Origin: Octopus bimaculoides
Lineage: Eukaryota
Reading direction: 5' to 3'
Assembly: GCF_001194135.2 (NCBI RefSeq)
Contig: NC_068991.1
Span: forward strand, 40,337,423-40,401,422
DNA length: 64,000 bases
A program made the position numbers and the translations under genes. Below are positions 1 through 11,780 of this stretch, one piece after another; the first letter of the stretch is position 1, and each line of letters starts with the position of its first letter. The notes under the pieces were generated by a model. That model was not told where the DNA came from. It ran no database searches and saw only the letters and a list, made by a program, of their open reading frames with translations.

Positions 1-34
<34 letters not shown>

Positions 35-47
35 CTGTATGTATATA

Positions 48-165
48 TGTTATGTACTTGTTTTGCAAGATTCCTGATGTGAAACCGTATGTGTTGAAAC
101 ATATGTTGTTATATTTCGGTATGGTCATTTTTTTCTTGCCAAATAAACACACAAACTATATGTTC
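48..165 (+). repeat. Diverged copy of the repeat that forms the arms at 699-1030
   Basis: ttttgcaagattcctgatgtgaaaccgtatgtgttgaaacatatgttgttatatttcggtatggtcat aligns with the reverse complement of 960-1028. Confidence 0.65.
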
Positions 166-698
166 ATTCTTGTTTATTATTACTTTTATTTTATGTACAT
201 TGTCTGAAAATCTTTTATCACACACCTGTGACCTTTTCAGTAACTCTCCATTGCACGTCTCCTTGTGTGTGTATGTGTATGTATATATGTATTTATGTGT
301 ATTTGTGTGTGTGTATGTATGTATATATGTATATAAAAATGTGATCCAGGGATGTGAGTGTAGGAAATTGGCAAGCTTCAAGCAGTGTGTGTGTGTGCGT
401 GTGTGTTTGTATTATTACCTAAAACAGTTTGATTTGGCCCTGTGGAACTTAAAGTTGCCAAAAATCTCTGGTGTAAATCCAAAACAGCATTTGACTCAAC
501 TTAACCACATGTGGGGATTTTCTTCCTCCATCTTCCCTTCTATTGGACTTTCCTCTGTTTCCAAAGAAGAGCATCTGCTTGAAACATTAAACCGTCTTTC
601 TTTCCTTCCCTGAGCGTTTGCTAATACATTACATGTACCATGTCCTTGAATTGTTGTGTTTTTGTGTTTGTTCTTTTTTGGATTTACTATATATATAT

Positions 699-986
699 AT
701 GTTGTTGTACTTGGGGATGGTCATATTGCCAGTTTAGCCAATAAAAACACACGCACTGTATATTTGGTGTTAATTTGCTTCAGCTTTATATTACATTACA
801 TTAATCCTATTTCGGCCAGAAGGACCACTGATGAGGTCACAGAAGTGTGATGAAAGAACTCTGGCTGAAATAGGATTAATGTAATGTAATGTAATATAAA
901 GCTGAAGCAAATTAACACCAAATATACAGTGCGTGTGTTTTTATTGGCTAAACTGGCAATATGACCATCCCCAAGTACAACAACAT
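699..986. repeat. Near-perfect inverted repeat (arms 699-820 and 860-986, 39-nt spacer)
   Basis: Arms are reverse complements except for one substitution (g814) and one extra 5-nt ttaca/tgtaa unit. The ORF track shows the same peptide [34 protein letters not shown] on both strands. Confidence 0.95.
801..879 (+). ncRNA. Minimal type I hammerhead ribozyme-like motif
   Basis: CTGATGA at 828-834, one extra G, stem II gtcaca/tgtgat with gaag loop (836-851), GAAA at 852-855, 2-bp stem III (a855-t860, g856-c859), CUC cleavage triplet 859-861. Stem I is cca/tgg (825-827/862-864), continuing after a 9-nt bulge into a long helix. Confidence 0.6.
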
Positions 987-1024
987 CTGTTTCAACACAC
1001 GATTTCACATCAAAAATCTTGTAA

Positions 1025-1100
<76 letters not shown>

Positions 1101-1124
1101 AACACACACACACACACACACAAT

Positions 1125-1870
1125 CATGGTCATATATTCATACAAGCATGTCCTTCTGTCCTTTATTGACATGCTTCTCCACGCACATACATAATCTATT
1201 CTCTGTCAAAACACTCCTACAACCCATCTTTGCAACATCCCACTCATCATGATCACCACCCACTACAGGCCCCATTCACCCTTGCTCACATGCCTATCTG
1301 CAATCTCTCGATGCACTAACATATCACCCATCCTAGCCACTCCCATTTTCTATCACCATCGCTTGCAACAGCCTTCTCTTCCCCATCTCTAAACATCTCC
1401 CCTCACTCACTTACGGAACATCCCCCTCTATCCCCTCTGTACTGCTTATACCCTCCACCCCTACTGTCCCCTGTAGATAGGCCTCAATACATCTCCAACA
1501 CCCTTTACTTTTCTCTTTCTCACACTGACTGCCTCTCTACCTTTCTCTCTAACTCTCTCTCTCCTCCCTTTCCTTCCTCACTCTGCTGGGGTAGCCAGGT
1601 ATCCCCTTTGTATTAAGACAACCAGATGGGTTGTAAGACCTCCATGATTCTGATATTTCCTCTATTATATTTCCATTGGGGCAACCCAATACAATCTCAC
1701 AATTATGAGCAAATTGAGACCAGCAATTAACAACAGGGAGAAACTACACAAAGCAGACTGGCTGCTATAGCACCTGTCACCTTCCTCCCCTACACATCTG
1801 AGCAATGACTTTTTCTGAATGTCCTGAAGAAGGGATCCTTACCCAGAAATACAGAAATAGAATGTAAAAC
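1125..1870 (+). mobile_element. Pyrimidine-rich repeat fragment ending in a decayed CTGAAGA...GAAA motif (possible Penelope-like tail)
   Basis: Strong C/T skew over about 1200-1580, then cctgaagaagggatccttacccagaaat at 1823-1850. Confidence 0.35.
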
Positions 1871-2079
1871 TGCAACTTTTTGTACTTTACTTAGTACTTT
1901 CTCGCATTGTTCCGGCCTTATACAACAAATCTCTTTAAAGTTATACCACACAATGCTTCACCAAAACTACCTCATACATATTTAATCCAAGCTGTCTCAT
2001 CATGAAGCATGTCTACATTTTCCAGCTATCAATTGTATGTATGTAGATGTTTCTTTCAAATGAGAAACTGCAATATACA

Positions 2080-3482
2080 AGTTGGGAGATTTTAAGTTTA
2101 TTTTCTATCTCAAAGATAGGATTTCACATTGTCATTAAGGTGTTTGTTTAAATGGTTCGAGATCTTTAATCTATACCGTTTGAGTATTCTCCTGTCTCCA
2201 GGAGTGATGTTTTTGTGTGTATTGGCTCTCTTCTCTGGGACATATTTAATGCATATGGCTCACATTATTGACATGAATTTATTGAGTTTCATATCTTTGT
2301 CTTGCATAGAGAGGCTTTTAGGCCAGTCCTGCTGGAGTATCTGTTTTTTAAGTGACTTCCAGTCAGCCTTATAGAAATTTAGGCTGGATAGAGTTTGAGT
2401 GCCATCTGAGTGGAGTTTATCTTTAATTCCAGGCCATACATTGTCAGTTCTATCATGCTATGGTCTGAGAATATTGTCGGTGATATATTTATGTTGTGGA
2501 TAATTTCCACATTGTTTGTAAAGCAGAGGTCCAGGATATTTTTGTGCCTGGTTGGAGAGAGTATGATCTGCTCCAGAAATAGCATTTTTGTAAGATCAAG
2601 TAGGGATTCTGCTTGATTATGCTCTTTGTGCATCATTCCTGAGGTTATATTGCCCTCAGGCCACCTGATGTTGGGTAAGTTAAAGTCACCCATCAAGAAT
2701 ACAGTAGTACGTTGATGCAATTGCATTAGTACTTCCTTTATTGCACTGAGGCTTTCCTCAAATTTTCCATCATGATTTAAGGCATTAGGTGGGTGATATC
2801 GTGTGCATATCACTATATCAAATTGCTTTAGATGTAATATGAGTGTGTGACACACCGAATTCAAGTTCGATAACAGGATTAATGCTGAGACATCTTTGCG
2901 GATGTACATTGCAACTCTACCGTGACTTCTTTTTCTTGTCTGTACAGAAGATAGCATACATTGGTATGTATATCTCCACATCACTTATGTCTGCAGACAG
3001 ATGTGCTTCTGTAAGTGCAATGCATATAGTTTGATTATATGCAGAAAGATTCTTCAGGTACTCAATTTTGCATTTGCTGTTGTTCAGGCCTCTTATATTC
3101 ATAAGTAGAAATGGCATTGGTGTTGGCATGATGGGTGGTTTGGTGGCAGTAGTGGCCAACCGGGTGATCAATTGTGGTGGTCTTGTGTGTGAGGGTACAC
3201 AGCTCAGCTTTGTCTGTAACCATGACAACTATTGCAATATTTTCTGTGCCACACTTAAAAACTGTTGTTGCTCAACTGCTGCAGCTTCTACTGCATCTGC
3301 ATATGACTTCTGTCTGGCCTTCTTTTCTGCAGGTTTGTGCTGGGATATAGATATTTCCAAGTGTAGTTTTTTCCTTCGTTGGGTGAGTGACGGATTTTGC
3401 TCCAGCGCTGGGTGTCAAAACAGCAGTTTGTCGCACTCTCTGCATGCCAGCAGACACTGCTTTTATGGAACTTGCATATATA
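2080..3482 (-). mobile_element. CR1/L2-type LINE, 5' portion (end of ORF1, APE endonuclease and linker), frameshifted
   Basis: Minus-strand peptides FLLMNIRGL, IALTEAHL, YHPPN, LMGDFNLPNIRW, PTRHKNILDLCFTNN, SDHSMI (exonuclease-endonuclease-phosphatase motifs), followed by LNFYKADW. Confidence 0.9.
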
Positions 3483-4050
3483 TACAGTGTAAAATTAACA
3501 GCAGACCTTGAAGCAATCCAGCAAAGATTCACAAAGAAGATTGTCGCTTTTGCAACTGCTCAGCTGCTGGGAAGGGCTGAAACACCTAAGACTCTACTCC
3601 CTGGAGCGAAGGCAGGAGAGGTATGCAGTAATATATAACTGGAAGATCGTGGAAGGAATTGTGCCAAATTTTGGCATTGAAAGCTACACTAATACCAGAA
3701 CGGGTTGACACTGCATAGTGCCAAACATCTCAGCAATGCCATCTCGCTTCAGGACCAGTTACTGCAACAGCCTGGGTTTCAGGTTCTCACAGCTTTTTAA
3801 ATTTTTCCCAAAGATCCTGAGGAACCTGCACAAAGTAGATGTAGGCATTTTAAATCAAGGCTGGACCTCTTCCTGTCGAGAGTCCCAGATGAACCCACCT
3901 TATGGCGAGAGGTGCAAATGAGGGTAGCTACATCAAACTCCATTCTTCACTAAGTGCCACATATTGTAGGAGGCTCTCAGTAATAACAGTGTAGCAAAAC
4001 AGTGGTGCATCAGCATGGCCTCAGCTATGAGCTGCAACTACAGACAGAAA
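3478..4050 (+). mobile_element. CR1-type LINE, 3' end (C-terminus of ORF2 and 3' tail)
   Basis: LEAIQQRFTKKI...LKHLRLYSLERRQERYAVIYNWKIVEG matches the recalled CR1 ORF2 C-terminal pattern LExVQRxxTK...LxSLExRR. The tail is ggtgcatcagcatggcctcagctatgagctgcaac. Confidence 0.85.
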
Positions 4051-4054
4051 AATA

Positions 4055-4067
4055 TACATATATAAAC

Positions 4068-4104
<37 letters not shown>

Positions 4105-4364
4105 NNNNNNNNNNNNNNNNNNNNNNNNNNNNNNNNNNNNNNNNNNNNNNNNNNNNNNNNNNNNNNNNNNNNNNNNNNNNNNNNNNNNNNNNNNNNNNNN
4201 NNNNATGTATATATATGTGTATCTATATGTTTATATATATGTGTGTATATATTTGTATATGTTTATATATGTGTGAATATATATCAGTATATGTGTGTGT
4301 GTATATGTATATATATATATATTTTTTTATGTATATATGTATGCATGTGTATGTNNNNNNNNNN

Positions 4365-4404
<40 letters not shown>

Positions 4405-4768
4405 GTATAGATATGTAAATGTGTATATATAGATGTTTAGATGTGTATATATATGTATACATAACATATTTATGTGCATATACATTTACACGTTTTCGTA
4501 TATATATTTACATACATTTTTATTCATATATATATAATATTTATGTATGTATATATATATATATATATATACACACACATGTTTACGTGTTTATGTATGT
4601 ATGTATATTCATATATATATATAAGTTTATATATATGTCATATATATGTGTGTGTGTGTGTATATATATACATACATATATTTATATTTATGTATATACT
4701 TATATATGTGTATATACATATATATGTATATACATATATATATGTATATATATATATANNNNNNNNNN
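4055..4768. repeat. Compound (TA)n/(TG)n microsatellite block with assembly gaps
   Basis: Direct reading; N runs at 4105-4204, 4355-4364 and 4759-4768. Confidence 0.95.
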
Positions 4769-5240
4769 TCTGAAACTACTACTACTCAAAAAAAAAAAGA
4801 AAGAAAAATTTCCCTGCTCCATCCACCCTCACCTGACACAGCCACTGAAAACCAATTTCTTCATCAGCTAATCATAAAGCCTCAGCTCTCCAAACTCATC
4901 ACTCATCTAAATTATTATCTCAGCCAACATTTCTTTTCCGTCTTTCTCTCCAGACTCCTTGTTGCATATAAAAAGCTGCATTATTGATCATCACCATTAT
5001 AAATATCCTATAACTCTTGCCTCTGTTTTACTAATTATCCTTAATTCCTAATGTCCGTTCGTCCACTTGACCTAACCTCGCTGCTGCTCTTTTAACTCTT
5101 CCAAAATATTTGTCCTGTCAATAATTAAAGATTTTCAAACTATTCATCTTTTGTGTTGCCTTTTAGACATTTCGATCTGGTTTCATCTCCCATTGCCATC
5201 ATGTGAGATTACAAAATACTTACACATGTATGTATGTGTG

Positions 5241-5271
<31 letters not shown>

Positions 5272-6525
5272 ATATGTACTTGTGTATATGTCTGTTCTGT
5301 ATGTTTATATGTGTGTATATTTATGAATATATTTCTGCCTACATAATCTTTGATCTATATACGTGTTTTCATGTGTGTCCGTGTGTATATATGCATACCT
5401 ATATATATATCATATTTAATATATATATATACATATGCGTGTTTGTCTACCTAACATATCTATATTCTAATTTGTTTTTTTTTTCTTGTATGTCTATGTA
5501 AATTTTAACAGATTAGCAAATTAGATCCATTTGAAACTCCACTCGTTTTATTTCCGCCAATTATTGTTTTATAGCGTACTAATTTAAATATGGCAAAAAT
5601 CTTTATTGGAGTGAATTTATTAATAATAGACAATATTCCCAATATTACTAAAGTTATTCAATTTTGAATTAAAAATGCTTTTCTTTAGTTAATGTTTAAA
5701 TCCTTTCTCATTTTAAAATGTTTGTTCATTTTTTTATTTCATTCTCAATATTTTTTCTATTATTTTGTGACTGTGTTGAAGCTTGGGAAATTCTAGGCAG
5801 ATATGTAGAAATGTCATTTTTCTGTGTACAGATATTCTTGACATGTTTGTATTGTCAGTTTATCGTTTAAGTACTTGGGTATGTCTTTGCAGAATGTCAA
5901 TATTTCCAGTGTTCTAAGTACAATGAAGGTAGCATTAGTAACCATATTATTAAATATCTGTGGAACTGTATTTCATTTCTTACTTCCTTGTTGATCAAGT
6001 TTCATTTAGTACTCGGAGGACACACCAACATGTTAACTGAAAAATTTGTGTTGTACGATAATGTGTGTGTGTGAACATATATATTTATATATAGTTAATT
6101 TTCTCAAAATATCTGGAAAAATACTTTCTCCTCTTATGGTATTTTGGCTTTCTTGTCCAAGTACTGCATGTTATTGAATATTCATTTTCATCTACGTAAT
6201 TTTATTATTAAAATTCTTCATGCTAGAATTCTTTATTTATTTGCTTTTTAATCCCCCCCCCCTTATTCATTCACATGAAACTATAATAGAATGTGCTTTT
6301 TCATTTGCTGAATTTATTTTCTATCTTCTTGTCTTTCCATAAATTCATATTCTGTTCAGATTTTAGTTATTCATTATATATTCACATATCATGTTTACAC
6401 ATGGTACTTACTATTTAGTCTTTACTTTCTGTCTGCTATTTTTCATCTCCTTGATGTCTAAGCTTGAGCTTCCTCTTTCTTGTTGTCTCCTCCCCTTCTT
6501 CCTCTACTTCTTCCTTTTTCCATAG

Positions 6526-7535
6526 GTTTTCTGGGCTTGCTTGCTGGCTTGCTAACTTGCTATCATATACATACTAGCTAGCTCTTCTGACAACTCAGAA
6601 AACCCAGCAGTCCTGCAGACATATTAAATGTCTGCATCTGATCTTTAGTTGATCATTACAGTAGAAGCACCATGAAGAAAAAAATTATATCAAATAAAAT
6701 GAAGCACAGACAATGTCTTTACTAAAAATAAGGATTCTCTCATGGCTTTTTGGTGTTAATGGCTGCAGAATATCGGGGATGCCTAAAGCTGCAGTCATTT
6801 CCTGAGACTGCTATAAGTAATGTTGGATGCTGAATGTATCACACATACAGCTACTGCTATTACAACACCTACTGATGTATGTTGAACACAGTGAAATAGC
6901 AAGGGTAGTCATGACTGACTGTTGCTGCTGTTACAGCTGCCAGTTAGAATAAGAATTCAGGGAAATTAGAGAATGCAACAACAGATTTACACCTGGGCAG
7001 CCCTTCCATGAATATCACGTGCAGTTGGAGATTGACTTAGATAAACTAATTGTTTTGTTTTTTTAGCTAAATTGAAATGCTTTAGATTAGAAATTTTATG
7101 CCCATCAAAGAAAGCTCTCTTTTATTCTATGGATATGGAAGTGTTACAATGAAAATAGCTGAATACAATATATTCTTTTAACAATTTTTCAATTATGGGT
7201 GCTGCTGCTGCTGCTGTTACCACTGTTGCTGCTACTGCTTTTGCTTCCTGTTCTTCTGCATTCATACATTGATGTTCAGTGTTGTGTGTAGATCTGTATA
7301 GGCAACCGGTTTTTTGCATGTGTTTTTATATATGATGGTAGGCATTGCAAGGATTGGAGTACCTAAAGGGAATTCACTACCTCTCTTTATACATGTGGAG
7401 ACACAATACGGGAAATACCATTCCAGGTTACATCAAATAGCTATCTTTTCTCAACAGCCTTAGCTGATGCTGGCTCTTACTGTGTAGGAGTACAAAGTCC
7501 AATAATCTGTAAGCAGACCTATCTAGTATATACAG
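6526..7535 (+). other. Candidate upstream non-coding exon (long form 6526-7535 or short form 7458-7535)
   Basis: Strong acceptor cttcttcctttttccatag at 6525, second acceptor ctatcttttctcaacag at 7457, and consensus donor CAG|gtaagc at 7535/7536. No recognisable transposon lies in between. Confidence 0.35.
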
Positions 7536-8041
7536 GTAAGCTTAATGCATTGCATCTAATTCAAGATTGGTCTCTAATGTCACATGCATTTTATGTGACT
7601 ACTTCATTTTTGTCATCCTTTTTTTATTGTTTTATTGTAAATAAATGTAAACGCAGGTTGTGATACTTTATAAACTGGCTCTTTCTTCGCCTGTCTTTCT
7701 GGTAAGAAATAAACCTAAAAATGAGTAAAATTGTTGCTTCACATCTGCTTGCGCTCTTTCTCTCTCTCCCCCTCCCTTGCGATATATATATATATACATA
7801 CATACATTTCATGTGAAATCAATGTATTATGATTACAAGCAAAAGGGAAAAAAAAAACTGACACTTTTGAAAAGGTGCTATAAGAACAATCATTTCCTAT
7901 GTTATATTTCTTAGTAAAAGATAGAAAAATTGATGACAACTTAATGGAAGGTGAATTAATAATAATGCAAAATACCCTTTACAACCACCCCCACTTTCAT
8001 GTGTGTGTGTGTATATATATATATATATGTATATACACGCA

Positions 8042-8096
<55 letters not shown>

Positions 8097-11000
8097 TCTG
8101 TGTATATAAACATACTTTTTTTTATTCTCCTTAGACTACTGTGCTATTTAATGTCTCCTCTCTCACTCATTCTCTTATGTTTTTACATAGAAAATTCAGC
8201 TTCATGTATAATTCCAGATTTGTCAATCCATGACAATTTAAGTAGCCCTGATTTTTGAAAGTAGGGTTTTAAATACTGGGTTTTAAACTTATTCGCTGTA
8301 AAATTGATCATTTTGTTATTTAAGATCCAACAAGTGAAACCACTACTTGATATTTTTTTTTCTTGTTTGTTGATGTTATATTTTGGTGAAATTTTTATTT
8401 TCCATCTGAAATATTATCTCTGATGAAAAAAATTAACTACCTACATAGATGCCCTTTCTTCCGAAGTATGTTACATTCATTTAACATTAATACAAATTTC
8501 AGTAATTATGAGTTCATGAAAGAATAAGATTAACTATGAACAGATCAAGGTCACTGTGTTTCACCGCCACTACAATCAATGGCTTTCATAGATTAGATTT
8601 ACTGTATTATCCTTCCTAAATGGAAGATTTACAAAGGCTCTCACTAATAATTCAGATATATTTATTTCTAGACCATGATTGTGATATGAAAAGAAAAAAA
8701 AAAAAAAAATTAATGACATCCTATTTTTATCATTACTCAATTAGATTTGCCAACGTTAGGAAAACTATCTGTAAATTTGGTGTTGTCTTTTATTTTGTTT
8801 ATGGCATGAAGCATCCTCTTGAATTCTAGCATTAATGTCAAATTGCCGGAGTATCTACATTGGTAGACTCTCATAGGAATTGTATTACTCATTTCTATTA
8901 TCAGGTGTGGTGGTGTATATAATATGTATGTGTTCATTCATTCTATGTAACTTACTTCAGAGTTACTCTTCTTGATTTCATTTTTTTTTTTTTTTTTGAA
9001 TAATTAGAACAAGATTTTTGTATGAATTCCTCAACCTGTAGTTATTTTTACCTGGGGGTTTTGTCCATATTTGATCTATTTGTTCACTCAGATGTTTAGT
9101 ACAATTGGATGTCTAAAAAATTTTCTGTTATTACCTGGTGTGTTTCAGTTATTACTGCTAGCTGTAATGTAATTTCTATTCAAATCTATGATTTTTAGGT
9201 ATACCAAATAGTTTCATTGATTTATCATCCATAATGTTTTTTGGGGTATTTTTATGTGTGGGTGTGTTGAGGGTGGAGTAGTGGCTGTATATATGTACTT
9301 GTGTTTTTCTTTATACTAAAATATAATTACAAAAAATTACCATTTTTTGCAGTTAAATGTTTTACAGTCTTTCAAAAACTGGAATTCATTATCATTTGGG
9401 AATTAATTTCTGAATAGTAAATTTAGCTTTGGATATTCTAATAACATTCACAGAATATGCATGTGTGTTTTATAATCCATTGAGTCAGATTTCTGGAGTG
9501 AATAGACATTTCTTTGCTGTTTACTTATATTTTCTGCCATGTATAGAATATTTGATAACTTCTAACATAGCCTTCGTCCCCTGCTACAAGAGCTGTGTGT
9601 ATGTGTGTGTGTGGGCGTTAGAGATACTTAATGGGGATGCTGTGAAAGAAATTTACCATTCTTTAATTAATCTAATAATTAACAAATAACCAGTTTCATG
9701 ATTTCACTTTTGATGGAAATATCTAAATTCTAATAACATTTCTCCATTTCTGTTCAAATGTTCTAAATTTAGAACTAATTTCTAAAAAATTGTTTCCATT
9801 ATCTTATACAGACATTATTATTCAACACAGTTTCATACTAATGTGTATTTAAAATCTATTATATACTATATCGTTATTATGTCCACTTTTAGATATTGTA
9901 ATGCTATTATTATCTGTTGCTACTTCATCTACACAAAATTTCAATATGATTCCTAATATTTTCTTCTGTAAGTAATCAGTATTATTTTATAAGTAATCAA
10001 TATTTTCTTGTTTTGTTTGTCAAATAATAAGAAATGAAAGAAAACTTTAAATTTTAGTAGATATTAACATCTAGAAAACTGTATTTATTACTCTACTTTC
10101 AGCTGCTTTCCAAAATGTCTTACATATTTCTACACTGTATGATGNNNNNNNNNNAATGTTGCTCTTAAGATTGTTCCAGTGTATTAAATTACATATTAAA
10201 GAAATAAGATCCTAATTTTCTTATCTACTTAAATCTTCCTTTGTTAATTATGTTAAAATAATCATATATGAGAACATTAAATGAAGAACATATTTCATAT
10301 ATTTAAAATATTGGCTGCTGGTACTTTGCAGTATTTTAAATTTACCTTAACCCCTTTTAAATATCAACTACCCATACTTAAATTTTCATATTTGAATTAA
10401 AATCAAAATCTTATATGACATGAATAGTGTTTGTGAGATTTCAGTTGGTCAACACCAGCCTACTATACCTAAATTATTATCATCATCAACATTTATTAAA
10501 TTCCTCTAAATATTGAAATGCATGACACATGCAGAGTACTTATTAAAAATATTGTTAGGAAAGAAAAGATTAAACTACATTACACTTTTAAAATGCAAAA
10601 CAATTTTTTCTTAAAATATTATTTTAATCACTAGGTACTTCTTAACTTCACAAATCCCTGGAAATATTTCAGATTATCTGACAAAGATAAGTTTATAATG
10701 TTTTTAATTAATACTTTGTGGATATAATGTATTTAAAGAAAAGTGTAGTTCTGGCTAAGACATCTTCTGTATCATATAGTTGGTAGTGAATAGAGCTTAC
10801 TTTATTGGACTGTCATTTTGTTGTTCATAATCAGTTATCTAATTTTATTATAATTCCACTGTGTGCAAAAATCTATTAGCTTAACCATCACAGTTTAATC
10901 TTTAGACAGTAACTTATTGTATGAATCATTAACTCTGTTTGCTCTTTTAAATTATCTTCATAGGTTTTCAGAATCATTATATATATATATATATATATAT

Positions 11001-11639
11001 GAATCTTAGCTAAGTTATATGGTATTAAATTGGAACTAAAAGCAAAAAAAAGTTAGTATTGGAAGATTCCTAATTTTCATGGTACAATCATAATGCTTTA
11101 AATGCTTTCTTATTATAAAAATTGTGAGACATTGTTTTTAAAAAATTCACTCTGAGAAGTTTATTCAGAAACCTTATTCATATTGAGTTTGCACTTAGAT
11201 CCAGTAACCTTGAGACTTGATGATAGCACATGAGATTTTTCACCTAGAACACTATATTTAGTTACTTCCCTTTAACTCTAGCCTTTAATGATTGTTGTTC
11301 TCTTATCTCTGGCACACTGGATCATTATGCAGTATTAGCAGATTAAATGTAGCAGTATAATTAGCAACCAAACATAATATCCAGTGAAAGATATCACATT
11401 GCCTAAAATTAAAGCAGAAACTAATGTTGGGTGAAATTAATTTAGCTTCTTGGATAAAGATGAAAATTTGTTCTTTCAGTGTATGTGTGTATAATGGAAA
11501 ATTTAAACCTATGTATAGGAGCAAACTAAAATTACTAATTATATATAGATGAGATGTGTATGTACCTGTATACACATATGTACACACACATAACTGTGTG
11601 TGTGTGTAAAAATATACCTTATATTTATGTATGTTAGCA

Positions 11640-11718
11640 TAAGTGTATGTGAATATATATTGTAACTGTATGTTTGTGTGTGTGTGTGTGTGTATGTATA
11701 TATATATATATATATATA

Positions 11719-11769
<51 letters not shown>

Positions 11770-11780
11770 TATATATATTA
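11640..11780. repeat. Compound (TG)n(TA)n(CA)n microsatellite
   Basis: Direct reading. Confidence 0.95.

Noticed and set aside
72-90. cctgatgtgaaa...gaaac as another hammerhead
   Set aside because: CTGATGT lacks the invariant A9 and no stem II forms.
796-1194. ORFs with long YI/IY/HT runs (also 4002-4987, 11303-11909, 27576-27765, 32717-33001)
   Set aside because: They are translations of (TA)n, (CA)n and (TG)n microsatellites.
4967-4974. TATAAAAA as a promoter TATA box
   Set aside because: Such matches are common in this AT-rich sequence and there is no independent support.
7460-7483. LADAGSYC as an immunoglobulin DxGxYxC motif
   Set aside because: The spacing is wrong (no residue between Y and C) and there is no surrounding Ig-like sequence.
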